Assembly (NCBI RefSeq): GCF_001194135.2
Contig: NC_069000.1
Span: 32,671,959 to 32,722,757, forward strand
Direction: 5' to 3'
DNA: 50,799 nt
Origin: Octopus bimaculoides
Taxonomy: Eukaryota
Under the pieces are notes generated by a model. That model was not told the origin of the DNA. It was given only the letters and a program-made list of their open reading frames with translations, and ran no database searches. Position 1 is the first letter of the stretch; the number at the start of each line of letters is the position of its first letter. Shown here in pieces: positions 12,310 to 23,371 of this stretch. The translations under genes were made by a program, and so were the position numbers.

Positions 12310-12566
12310 ATGAGAGGGAGAGAGAGAGAAATAAAGAGAGAAAGGAAGAAGAAAACAAGGAAGGAAGGAAAGAAAGAAAGTAAGAAAGAAAGAAAGAAAG
12401 AAAGAATGAATGAAAGAAAGAAAGGAAGAAAGAAAGAAGAAAGCAGAAGAAGAAAGAACGAAGAAAAAAGGAAAAAAGAAAGAAGAAAGAAAAGAAAGTA
12501 ACAAAGCAAAGAAAGGAAGAAAGCAAAGAAAGGAAGAAAGAAAGGAAGAAAGAAAGGAAGAAAAAA

Positions 12567-12602
<36 letters not shown>

Positions 12603-12660
12603 GATAAAGAAGGAAAGAAAGAAAGGAAGGAAGAAAGAGAGAAGGAAAGGAAGAAAGAAT
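12310..12660. repeat. Polypurine (GAAA/GAAG)n tract
   Basis: About 350 nt almost devoid of pyrimidines on the + strand. Confidence 0.95.
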
Positions 12661-13039
12661 GTGTGGGCGAAAGAATTTACTGGTGTGTAAGCAGTGACGG
12701 ACGCTCTAATGTAGGTGTTCGAGTGTGATGGTCATTGCAGTTGTTGTTGTTGTTGTTGTTGAATAACTCCAGTTCAGCTCTGACGGAGTTGACCGATGTT
12801 CCAGCCATTTTTGGTTTTGTTTTCTTTTTTTTCTCTGAATAACCGATGTCTGTTGCGGTGTGATTTTGAAGGAGATTTTGACTTCTATTCTAACAGGATG
12901 TGCGATCAAGCACTAAGCAGAGGCTAACTCATTGTCTTCAATGGTCTTGCTATGGTGGTAATGGTGATGGTGGTGCTAAACCTAACCACACAGGATTGGC
13001 ATTAATAGTGAGGAGTAACGGTAGTGATGACATGTGTCT

Positions 13040-13203
13040 GAAATTAAGGGGGGGGGAGATAGTCGATTACTTCGACCCCAGTTCTTGACTGGTACTTAAT
13101 TTATCGACTCCGAAAGGCAGAGTTGACCTCGACAGAATTTTAACTCAGAACGCAGCGACGGACGAAATACCGCTAAGCATTTTGACTGTTGTGCTAATGA
13201 TTC
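13040..13203 (-). mobile_element. Family-B SINE
   Basis: Same core plus TTTAACTCAGAACG..GAAATACCGCTAAGCATTT head on the minus strand. Confidence 0.85.
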
Positions 13204-13730
13204 GTCTCCTTGATGGTAGTCATTGTTTTTGCTATGCTCAGCTTAAACCTGATCGAGCAGAGCTATGATCAAAGACGTTCCAGGCGTGACCGTACCACTG
13301 GCTGGTACTACATTACAACACCATCTACTCATTATTGTACAAGTAACACGCTATAGAACAGGAAGAATTGCTAAGATTTCTCCATTTATCATATCATTTA
13401 GAGAGCTTCTCTTTTTACCTTTCATAATTTTTCAATTTTAAAAGCCTCTTGGTTTATTCCTCCAACCTACGCTATTGTCTTCTTGTTATCGCTTATGCCA
13501 AGCCATCATGGCAGCAACACAGAATAGCGAATAAATCGCATTGCAGTCATGGACATCTTGTATGACGGTTTTCTGTAGCAACAACCTTTGTGAGTAAAAA
13601 CGAATGGGTGGTAAAAATGTGTAGAACATCGTTGGACAGAATACATATTTAATTCTATATACGTATTAGCGTGAACTGCCTGGAACTGATTTCTCCAAAC
13701 GAATATAATGAAGACACAACGTAGTATATT

Positions 13731-14608
13731 TAATAGGAAATTCCATAAATCGAAGCACCTCTATAAATCGAAGTAGCTCCATAAATCGAAGAAATGGGAA
13801 TTCATTAATGAAACTCATCCAAGATGTATCACCTGCTTATAATCATGTCAGCTTTGCTTTATGAGACACCTATGATGAAAGGAGCTTCTGCTGTAACGAG
13901 CCCATTCTTTTTATTTACAGATGCACTGATATTTGCAGACGAGGCGGTACTACTTGATATTTGGCTCATCAGAAGGTAACGTCTAGCATGCACCGAATAG
14001 GTTTGCTGCCGAGTACTACAAGGTAGAGATGACAATAAGTGCTACAAAGACTGAGATATTGTTCCTCTCAAGAAAGCCTTTCCATTGTACTGTACATGTT
14101 TATGAAGCATCTTTTGTGGTATTCCGATATTGATTTATCTAGCTCTACGTCATCTAAAATAGTATAGACGGGAAATGTCGGAAGAATTTAAGTATTCAAG
14201 AGAGATGGGAGGCAGAAAGTTGGGGTGGATGTTAAAATTGCAAGTGCTGTTAAAATAATACACCATCTTCAAGAGAGGTGAGAGTGGTGACAAAGTCAGA
14301 CTTGTTACCTTTATTTCGGTTTCCTTGCCTATCCTCAGTTATGGCCCTGGATGTACGTAATAACAGAGGGTACGATCGCGAATATTAGCGGCTGAATTGG
14401 GTTTCCTCCGAAAGATCTCGGGTGTAACGTTACTCGATAGAATATCTAAGTCGGTGACCGAAGATTTTCTCCAGGTCGAGCCAGTAATTCCCCTCATTGA
14501 GAGTTCACATCTCTGGCACTACAGACCTGTCGCTAGAATGCCTGTGGAAAAAGATCGCAAGACAGATTTTGCAAGCTGAGTCAGCCGACAGGAGACGTAG
14601 TGGTAGAA
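13731..14608 (+). mobile_element. RTE-clade LINE relic; inverted paralogue of 9821-10575
   Basis: Same 18-nt x3 tandem and SINE-fragment 5' junction; LIFADEAVLL, ISATKTEILFLSRK, FLRKISGVTLLDR motifs. Confidence 0.85.
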
Positions 14609-14619
14609 TAATATCCATA

Positions 14620-14805
14620 GAAGTTCAAGTATTTACAAGGGATGATGGGGCGGGGTGGAGCTGCTGGTAGCTGAAATTGATGTTAGAATTGCAAGTACTG
14701 GCAGCATTCGATCTTCAGAACAGGAGGGGTTGGTGAAAAAGTCGAACTTAAAATATCTTCGGTTTGGTTTTCCTGCCTATCCTCAACTATGATCTTAAAT
14801 GTAGA
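14620..14805 (+). mobile_element. Additional RTE-clade fragment (KFKYL..E.DVRIAS..LPILNYD region)
   Basis: Similar to 14187-14345 and to the minus copy. Confidence 0.65.
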
Positions 14806-15194
14806 TTATAAATGAAGATAGTGTTACATTATCTAACGTGACTATATATATATATATATATATATAAGAGGTTGTTTTTGAGGAAATTTTGTCTGTTATT
14901 TGCAGCAGGAAGAGAGGCCGCATATAGGATCTCTCTTTTGCTCGTGTGGTTGTTGTTCTGATTACGCAAATCTATTACCTAGAGCGTTCCAAACATGGCC
15001 ATATTTTGTGGTATTCCGTTATCGATTTATCTAGTTCTACGTCATCTAAAATAGTATAGGCGGGAAATGTCGGAAGAAACGTCGTAAATGTTTACTCAGA
15101 CTCTTCGATATTCTGAATTTCTGTTATGCTGAGATCAACATGGCCTCTCACCGCCAAAGCGATCGATAACTTTTATCGAATTACAGATTCAAGG

Positions 15195-15385
15195 CCTGGA
15201 ATATGCGGGAGGAGGTTTGCTGATTACATTGACCTCGGTGCCGAGGAAGGCATTTATTTTATCGACACCGAAAGTATGAAATGTGAAAAAGACCTCGGCG
15301 AAATTTGAACTCAGAACATTAAGCCAAAAGAGATACAGCCAAGCATTTTGTCCGACGTGCTAATGATTCTACCAGTTCACTGCTT
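15195..15385 (-). mobile_element. Family-B SINE
   Basis: Family core and head in reverse complement. Confidence 0.8.
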
Positions 15386-16024
15386 TTCTGAGGTGGATGA
15401 ATAAAGTACAAATCTGAGGTGATTAACTGACGGATTTTTAAAGTGTGCGACAGGATGTCTCCGTATTGGTTCAAGCTCTTTTCGTTTGAGTTCGAATCCT
15501 ACCGTCGCTTACTTGGGTAAAAGACTTCATTTTTAGCCCAATTTAACACTACCTCTTGACCCCAGGGTTCGCCTTTTCAGAGTTGGTTCTGTGACTGGCA
15601 TTAGACTAGGTATTTGGTGTAGAGAGTTATTCCACCCTAAATCCTAAGATTCTCAAACGCCGCTGTGTTTCTTCATGTCTAAATGATAAAGAAAGAACAT
15701 CAGCTCGAATATGACGGTAGATTGTAATTTATGGAAATTTAGCTGCTATGTTTAGCATGTTAAGCAACCACGTATAAGTTTCCAGGATGAGATAGAGGTG
15801 ATGTTTGGTGTTGTGCTGTAATTTTGGGAAACGAAGATGGAAGTAGCATAACTGCTATGCAAACAAATAATCAAAGACGTTCCAGGCGTGGCCTCCATAT
15901 CTTTTTCAAACATAATATATCTAAGAGTACATTATTGTGTTCTATTTTTTGTTAAGACGGTAAGATTTGATGTGTGGAAGACATTGCCGCTATGTCCGGC
16001 AAGTCTAACAACCACATGGACACC

Positions 16025-16603
16025 GTGGTTGTGGCGGCGGCGGCAGCGGCGGTCTTGGTGGCGGTCTTGGCGGCGGCGGCAGCGGCGGTCTTGGTGGCGG
16101 TCTTGGCGGCGGCNNNNNNNNNNNNNNNNNNNNNNNTGATGGTGGTGGAAGCGGCGGCTGTGGTGATGGCGGTGATGGTGGTGGCAGCAGCGGAGACGGC
16201 CGTGATGGCGGCTGTGGTGGTGGTAGTGGCACTGGTGGTGGCGACGATGGCAGTTGTAGTGCTGCTAGTGCTAGCGCTGATGGTGGTGCTTGTGCTGGTG
16301 CTTGGGCTGGTGGTGCTGCCGATGGTGATGGTGATGATGGCGTTGATGGCGGCGATGACGGTGATGGCGGTGGTGGCGGTGATGTTTACTGTGGGGGTGC
16401 TGGTGGTGACGGTGGTGGTAGTGCTGGCGTTGGCGGATGATGAGTGATATGTGTTTGTTGGGGTGGTCGTAATGTATTTCATTGTGATTATGGTAATAAA
16501 CTGTAGTAGTTGTGGCGGGGGTGCTACATGCTTTGCGCAAGGGTGGGGTAAGGTGCTGTAGTGATGTAGTGCTGGGGTGGACGGATATGCATGCAGGTGG
16601 TGG
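16025..16603. repeat. GC-rich degenerate triplet tract (GGC/GGT/GAT)n with a 36-nt tandem unit at its start
   Basis: GGCGGCGGCGGCAGCGGCGGTCTTGGTGGCGGTCTT present twice before gap 16114-16136. Confidence 0.9.
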
Positions 16604-17590
16604 NNNNNNNNNNNNNNNNNNNNNNNNNNNNNNNNNNNNNNNNNNNNNNNNNNNNNNNNNNNNNNNNNNNNNNNNNNNNNNNNNNNNNNNNNNNNNNNNN
16701 NNNNNNNNNNNNNNNNNNNNNNNNNNNNNNNNNNNNNNNNNNNNNNNNNNNNNNNNNNNNNNNNNNNNNNNNNNNNNNNNNNNNNNNNNNNNNNNNNNNN
16801 NNNNNNNNNNNNNNNNNNNNNNNNNNNNNNNNNNNNNNNNNNNNNNNNNNNNNNNNNNNNNNNNNNNNNNNNNNNNNNNNNNNNNNNNNNNNNNNNNNNN
16901 NNNNNNNNNNNNNNNNNNNNNNNNNNNNNNNNNNNNNNNNNNNNNNNNNNNNNNNNNNNNNNNNNNNNNNNNNNNNNNNNNNNNNNNNNNNNNNNNNNNN
17001 NNNNNNNNNNNNNNNNNNNNNNNNNNNNNNNNNNNNNNNNNNNNNNNNNNNNNNNNNNNNNNNNNNNNNNNNNNNNNNNNNNNNNNNNNNNNNNNNNNNN
17101 NNNNNNNNNNNNNNNNNNNNNNNNNNNNNNNNNNNNNNNNNNNNNNNNNNNNNNNNNNNNNNNNNNNNNNNNNNNNNNNNNNNNNNNNNNNNNNNNNNNN
17201 NNNNNNNNNNNNNNNNNNNNNNNNNNNNNNNNNNNNNNNNNNNNNNNNNNNNNNNNNNNNNNNNNNNNNNNNNNNNNNNNNNNNNNNNNNNNNNNNNNNN
17301 NNNNNNNNNNNNNNNNNNNNNNNNNNNNNNNNNNNNNNNNNNNNNNNNNNNNNNNNNNNNNNNNNNNNNNNNNNNNNNNNNNNNNNNNNNNNNNNNNNNN
17401 NNNNNNNNNNNNNNNNNNNNNNNNNNNNNNNNNNNNNNNNNNNNNNNNNNNNNNNNNNNNNNNNNNNNNNNNNNNNNNNNNNNNNNNNNNNNNNNNNNNN
17501 NNNNNNNNNNNNNNNNNNNNNNNNNNNNNNNNNNNNNNNNNNNNNNNNNNNNNNNNNNNNNNNNNNNNNNNNNNNNNNNNNNNNNNNNNN

Positions 17591-17605
17591 TATATATATA
17601 TATAG

Positions 17606-17636
<31 letters not shown>

Positions 17637-17641
17637 GATAG

Positions 17642-17696
<55 letters not shown>

Positions 17697-17772
17697 TACA
17701 TACATACAGACAGACAGACAGATAGATAGATAGATAGACAGATAGAGAGATAGATAGATAGATATATAGATA
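17591..17772. repeat. Compound (TA)n(TCTA)n(GATA)n(GA)n(GACA)n microsatellite
   Basis: Direct sequence. Confidence 0.95.
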
Positions 17773-17899
17773 GGAACCCAATGGATGAAGGAAGCAGAGA
17801 TCGTAAACGAGGGATATCTTACACTTTACCCCAACAGCCGTAGTTGTAATGGTGTAATTTAACTGGATTAGTCACTCTCCAGTTTTACGTCTGTTTGAC

Positions 17900-18306
17900 A
17901 TCTGCATTACGTCTGCTGCTGCTGTTGATGCTGCTTCTGCTGCTTCTAGCAAATGCGATAATAATGGTGATGTTGAATGTGGTTGTATTGATGACAGGGT
18001 TTTTGTTGTTGTTGTTCTTGTTGTTGTTTTTGCTGCTGTTACTACTGCAGCTGTTGTAGTTCGTGGTGGTGGTGGCCGTCGTCGTCGCTGTGGTAGTAGT
18101 AGTAGTAGTAGTAGTAGTAGTTGGTGGTGGTGGTGGTGGTGGTGGTGAAAGTGGGGGAGTAGTGGATGGGGAGGTAGAACAGCAGCATCAGTGATAATGA
18201 TAGTAGTAGAAGGAGGTTCATTAGGAGTAGTAGTAGTGTTCTTACTGGTGATGTCGGTGGTGGTGGTGACGATCATTGTCATCGTCATCACCTTCATCAT
18301 CATAAT

Positions 18307-18357
<51 letters not shown>

Positions 18358-18520
18358 GTCCACCGTCATCATAAGTATCCCGGCTGTCGCTGTTAGTTAT
18401 GGTTATGGTGATGGTGCTGACACAAACGATGACGAGCGGGTGCCGATAATGATTGTGATGGTAGCAATGGTGATGAAAATCATAGTACTGATGAGTGATG
18501 CTGTACAATAGCGTATTGTG
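17900..18520. repeat. Degenerate triplet mosaic (GCT/GTT/GGT/TAG/CAT)n
   Basis: Direct sequence; source of the poly-M, poly-I and poly-D ORFs. Confidence 0.9.
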
Positions 18521-18740
18521 ATTTTAGTTTGTTATGCTACTACCTTTGATGCATTTTCTGTACTCCCAGATCAATGATTGATTGAGGAGATCAGAAATCA
18601 AGAGTATTCCACACATGACCATCCTCTATATCGAAAACTACATCACCCAATGTGTCCTTCATTCTATGATTTTGAAGATGACAGGTTGTGATTTGAAGCC
18701 TAGCGATTATATTGATCTGATATTATGCCTTCATAATAAG

Positions 18741-19410
18741 GCTGTGATCTGGCAAAATCGTAAGCACGCCGGGTTAAAACCTCAGCAGTATTTCGTCCGT
18801 CTTTACGTTCTGAGTTCAAATTCTGCTGAGGTCGACTTTGCCGTTCATCATTTCGGTGTCGATAAAATAAATACCAGTTGTGTACTGGTGTCAATGTAAT
18901 TACCCCTTTCTCCGAATTTGCTGGCCTCGTGCCAAAAGTCAAAATAAATATTATGCCTTAATTAGGTGGTGAGCTGGTAGAATTGTTAGCGCGCTGGGCA
19001 AAATGCTTAGTGGAATTTTGTCTGTCGCTAACTTCTGGGATCAAATTCTGCCGAAGTCGACTTTGCTTTTCATCCTTTACGGGTCGGCAAAAAAAAAATT
19101 ACCAGTTGATGTAATTGACTTATCCCCAACCCGTCCCCAAATTTTTGGCTCTGTAGCAGAATTTGAAACCAATGTTATTCGTTTATATAGTTTTCTATGC
19201 ATAAGGCGGAATCGATACTCCGCCAGTCAAAATGCTTAGCGGTATTTTTTTTTTTTTTGGTTTTACGTTGAGTTCAAATGCTGCCGTGGTCGATCCTACC
19301 TTTCATTCTTTCGGGATCGATAAAATACGTACCAGTACAACATTGGGGTCGTTGATATCGACTTACCTTTTCCACTAAGATTGCTTGCCTTGCGTCAAAA
19401 TCTGAAACCA
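18741..19410 (+). mobile_element. Three head-to-tail family-B SINEs (about 18741-18950, 18965-19172, 19205-19410)
   Basis: Each has a GGYGGTGAGCTGG/AATGCTTAGC head, GAGTTCAAAT B box and family core. Confidence 0.9.
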
Positions 19411-19509
19411 TACAGTGTTGTGTGCAATCACTTGAGGCACGATGAGGAGCCACTTGAGGTACAGTGTTGCGGGCATGTATTTGAGGTACAATGTGGTAGG
19501 CATGAGTAG

Positions 19510-19870
19510 TCTGTAGTGTACTCTACAATGCTGCAGTGTACTCTAGTATGCTATAGTATATTCTAGTATATTGTAGTGTACTCTGGTATAATCTTATATG
19601 CTGTAGTTTAATCTAGTATGCTCTAGTGTACTATAGTACACTGCAATGTACTCTAGTCTGTTGTAGTGTGCTCTAGTATGCCGTAGTATACTCTTGTGTA
19701 CTGTAACGTACTCTAAAATGTTGTAATGTACTCTATTTTGCTGTAATGTACTCTATTTTGCTGTAGTATACTCCAGTGTATTGTTGTGTACTCTAGCATA
19801 GTGTGGTGTGATACAGTGTGTAGTAATATAACGTATATTGTGCTGTAGTTTACTGTAGAGTGTTGTAACG
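19510..19870. repeat. Minisatellite with a ~20-nt unit TGTAGTGTACTCTAGTATGC made of two related 10-mers
   Basis: GTACTCTA recurs at about 20-nt spacing, with degenerate copies at both ends. Confidence 0.9.
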
Positions 19871-20389
19871 TAAAACATTTCAGGTACATTGTGTCCTTCC
19901 TGTATTACTTAATGTAGCATATTTTTTAAACATTTAATCGAAACGATGGGAAGTGTCCATGGTGGTCACTGTTGTTGTTTAGCGCAAGATCATTTCTAAT
20001 TCAACAGATGTTTGATTAAAGACATCCTAACCAGAATCTTCTTGTGTTTTACGAGTACTTAAGGCTATATTATTCATTGTCTCATTTTTACCTTTTATCT
20101 CAGCAGAGTAAACTGTTTGCTGTTTCAAACAGGTCGAAGGAATATGAGGAGGCTTCCTCATTGGTTGGATAAATAAGAGAAGGTTCGCAGAACCTTGACA
20201 AAGACTCTAAGAGAGCAAATAGTTTGTTTTGTTTTTTTTATCAGTTATCGCTATTGTTCTTAGCTACAACATAGTGCAGAATGTAAATGCAGAACATTGT
20301 AGAATTGCACAGGTTTGATGCATATTTTTGTATGGTATGCTGTAGTCTAAAAATGTGATGCAGAGTAGTGTACGGAATAATGGAAGAAA

Positions 20390-20892
20390 TCCCGCCAAGC
20401 ATTCTATCCGGCATGCTAACGAACGATTTCGCTAGCTCGGCGCCTTAAACGTGGTAGTAACATTGGACTTAAATTTTGGCACAAGGCCAGCAGGTTTGAG
20501 GGGAGGGGTTAGGTCGATTAAATCGAATCCACTGGTCAACTGGCACGTATTTTATCGATCATGAAAAGAATGAAAGCAATGTCAATTTCGGCGGAATTTG
20601 AACTCAGAACCAAGACGGGTGAAATGCCGCTAAATATGTTGCCTGGTATACTAACGATTCTTATTTCTTTACTGCCCACAAGGGGCTAGACACAGAGGAG
20701 ACAAACAAGGACCGACAAACGGATTAAGTCGATCATATCGACTCCAGTGCACAACTGGTACTTATTTTATCGACCACGAAAGGATGAAAGGCAAAGTCAA
20801 CCTCTGCGAAAATTGAACTCAGAACGTAGCAGCAGACGAAATACCGCTAAGCATTTCGCCCGGCATGCTAACGATTCTGCCAGCTCGCCGCT
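20390..20892 (-). mobile_element. Three family-B SINEs on the minus strand (about 20390-20446 head only, 20471-20660, 20661-20892)
   Basis: Reverse complement of the family head and core; the last copy has a distinct tail (AAGGGGCTAGACACAGAGG..). Confidence 0.9.
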
Positions 20893-21699
20893 TTGAAAAA
20901 CGTGGCAGTAAGATCGAGAATGAATGCGTGAATTTCAATTGCTATTGTTGTTGTTATTAATGTTAAGCACAATAACAGTTCTGATTGAGCAGACCAATAA
21001 ACAAATGTATTCCAGTTATTACGTCCGCCACCTTACGCTTTTATGCATCAAGCATTACATTACGCAACCTTTACATTTTTATGGCATTCGCCTGCGATTA
21101 GAAAGAAAATTTGCTGTTATTTCCAGTAAACCCTGTGACCACTCAGATGTCCCAACGTCGAATTGTTATTGCTATTTACTGATGCAGTTGCTATTTAGCG
21201 TTGGTCATTGTGGTAGCGGTGTTGCTGCTTTTGTCTTCACTGTTGTCATTGTTTGTGTTGCTTAACCCCGCAGCATCTCTGATCAAGCAGGCTAATAATC
21301 AAATGTGTTCCTGCTCTGACTGTATTGTGCTTTTTGCCACGCAAAGAAAACATATATACTCTCGAGACAACACACCAGAAAAGTCAGACATAGAGACGAT
21401 ATAGAATATCGATTTGGGCACGGACAATACGATGCTTAGAAGTCGGGTCGCCTTAACAGTATGTTAACACGCAGTTGTATTAGACGAATGCGAGAAATAC
21501 AAACTTGTCTGTGTCTGCTTAATATTCTATACTTTACGTTCTGTAATTGAAATTTTGCAAAACCAAAACAAATCACATCAATTCACTTTGCTTTCCGCGC
21601 ATGCGTTAAAAATGTGCAAATTTTAAAGGTCAACAAAGAAATGTACCGTCTTTTGTGTGGAATCAAAGCTTCTTTTTTTTTTTTTTTTCTTTTGTGCAG

Positions 21700-21762
21700 A
21701 ATTTCCAACCATGTTCATATCACTTTCTGCTGGTTCGGAGATCTATTTCTAATTATATCAAG
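21700..21762 (+). other. Candidate 63-nt exon (phase 0: NFQPCSYHFLLVRRSISNYIK)
   Basis: Very strong acceptor (long poly-T tract then gtgcag) and AAG|GTGGGT donor; open frame; no homology recognised. Confidence 0.4.
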
Positions 21763-21799
21763 GTGGGTTTGACGCATTAAAAGTGATGCAAGAAGAGAC

Positions 21800-21935
21800 G
21801 GGTTTGATATAGAATATGAAGGTGGCATGTGCTCAGCCATATCCAAGGAGCAGAGGTCATTATAGGTAGTGGAGACAGTTTAGACCAGTGGCAGGAGAGC
21901 ATCTGTGACTTATCAAAGGCGGCGCTGTAGTATAT
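21800..21935 (-). mobile_element. Possible ancient LINE RT relic
   Basis: YYSAAFDKSQMLSCHWSKL..PWIWLST has spacing resembling the RT motif DFSKAFDxVxH..LL.KL...GI....WI.SYL; weak. Confidence 0.25.
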
Positions 21936-23371
21936 CTGTGTATGTACAGAAGCATCACTAACCCAAGGTTGGAGCCAATACACTATTGTCTGCGTCATTT
22001 TAGCTTTGTAGTGCATGAATAATAGATGGGAGGGGAAATAAATTCTAACTTTGAGAAGAAGAGCCAGTTGTAGCTATGCAGTTTTTGCTATGTTAAAGAT
22101 GTGCTTTCGCCAAGATGATTCAAAAATACAAATAAATACAAATTGTGAAAATAACACAATAGACACTTCTGTCAGCAAACGTAAGACTACAGTGGTATGA
22201 TGTAATATTGTGGAGCGCGGTTAAGAAAGTCGTTATTGTTTCTTTTCAGTAGTGAAGAAGAAATGACGTTTTAGTACGACTGATAGAGAACTCGGGTAAT
22301 GTTAGATGAATGGACTACATATGTCCAAATGGACTAGCCCGGTGCCGTTATAATTAATTTGTTTGCTTTGGTTCGTATTGTTCATTTATTAATTTCATTT
22401 CATGTTATCTCTATTTAAGCTGTGATTTGAATTTAAGAAAGGACAAGATTAATACAGTTGGAACTCTTTACTTCTTACAAAAATGATACTGGATCCATGA
22501 CAAAGATATGTGCGTCACTTTTAGATTTGGAAAATTGGTAGGAAAAATCAATGAATTCAGAACGAAGACGTGAAAGACACGGGTAATTTTGTTTTATATA
22601 GTCACGATTAGAAAATTTGGAAAAATAAAATAATTCAATAAATATTTCTGTGTGCAAGTCCTGTCAGTTAGTAGATATTATAATATTGGCACCAATCAGC
22701 CTGCCTAATAGGGATGGCAGCAGCAACAACTCTGCCACAACTACCAATAGTGGCAGCGGTACAGATTCCAATAGCTTAAGCTCGCACCATACCACTCCCT
22801 GCAACCCCAACACTCTCTCCACAAGCTGTTATCAACGCCCACCTACTCCTATTCATGTCGATATACTCAACGCATAGAAAACTAATAATTCCAAATTTTA
22901 TTTAATTTGCTTTGCGGGAAGAACAGTTCCATCGAAGTTGCGTATTGTCCTTGCCTTCGAAACGCGGAGTAGTTGTAACAGGGACAACTGACGAAGGGGT
23001 ACACTCTTTATGTTGCATGTTTCGTTTCTCTGTTTTTTTTTTCGTTGTACGAAAAAAGTTCGTTTTCTATTTTCGCTTTTATGTTTTCGTTTCTCATTGT
23101 GTTTAACGTTTTTTTTTTATGTCCTGTACCCATATATGCATGTATGTATACATATAGATGTAGGTGTGTACATATATGTATGGCTATAGGTATATATCTA
23201 TATATTATTGATATTATATATATATATATATATATATANNNNNNNNNNNNNNNNNNNNNNNNNNNNNNNNNNNNNNNNNNNNNNNNNNNNNNNNNNNNNN
23301 NNNNNNNNNNNNNNNNNNNNNNNNNNNNNNNNNNNNNNNNNNNTCTTTATATTGTTTCAGCTTTGGAGCTG

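Noticed and set aside
12129-12607. K/E/R-rich and F/L/S-rich ORFs
   Set aside because: Products of the (GAAA)n tract
13742-13795. CRISPR-like direct repeats (18-nt x3; also the 19510 minisatellite)
   Set aside because: Contiguous tandem units with no unique spacers, eukaryotic context, no cas genes
22060-22200. GPCR-like C-terminal tail (MLKMCFRQDDSK..)
   Set aside because: In-frame stop immediately upstream and no NPxxY or transmembrane segments
22650-22877. S/T/N-rich 75-aa ORF as a real exon
   Set aside because: Composition fits a decayed CAR/CAC triplet repeat; no clear splice context or homology
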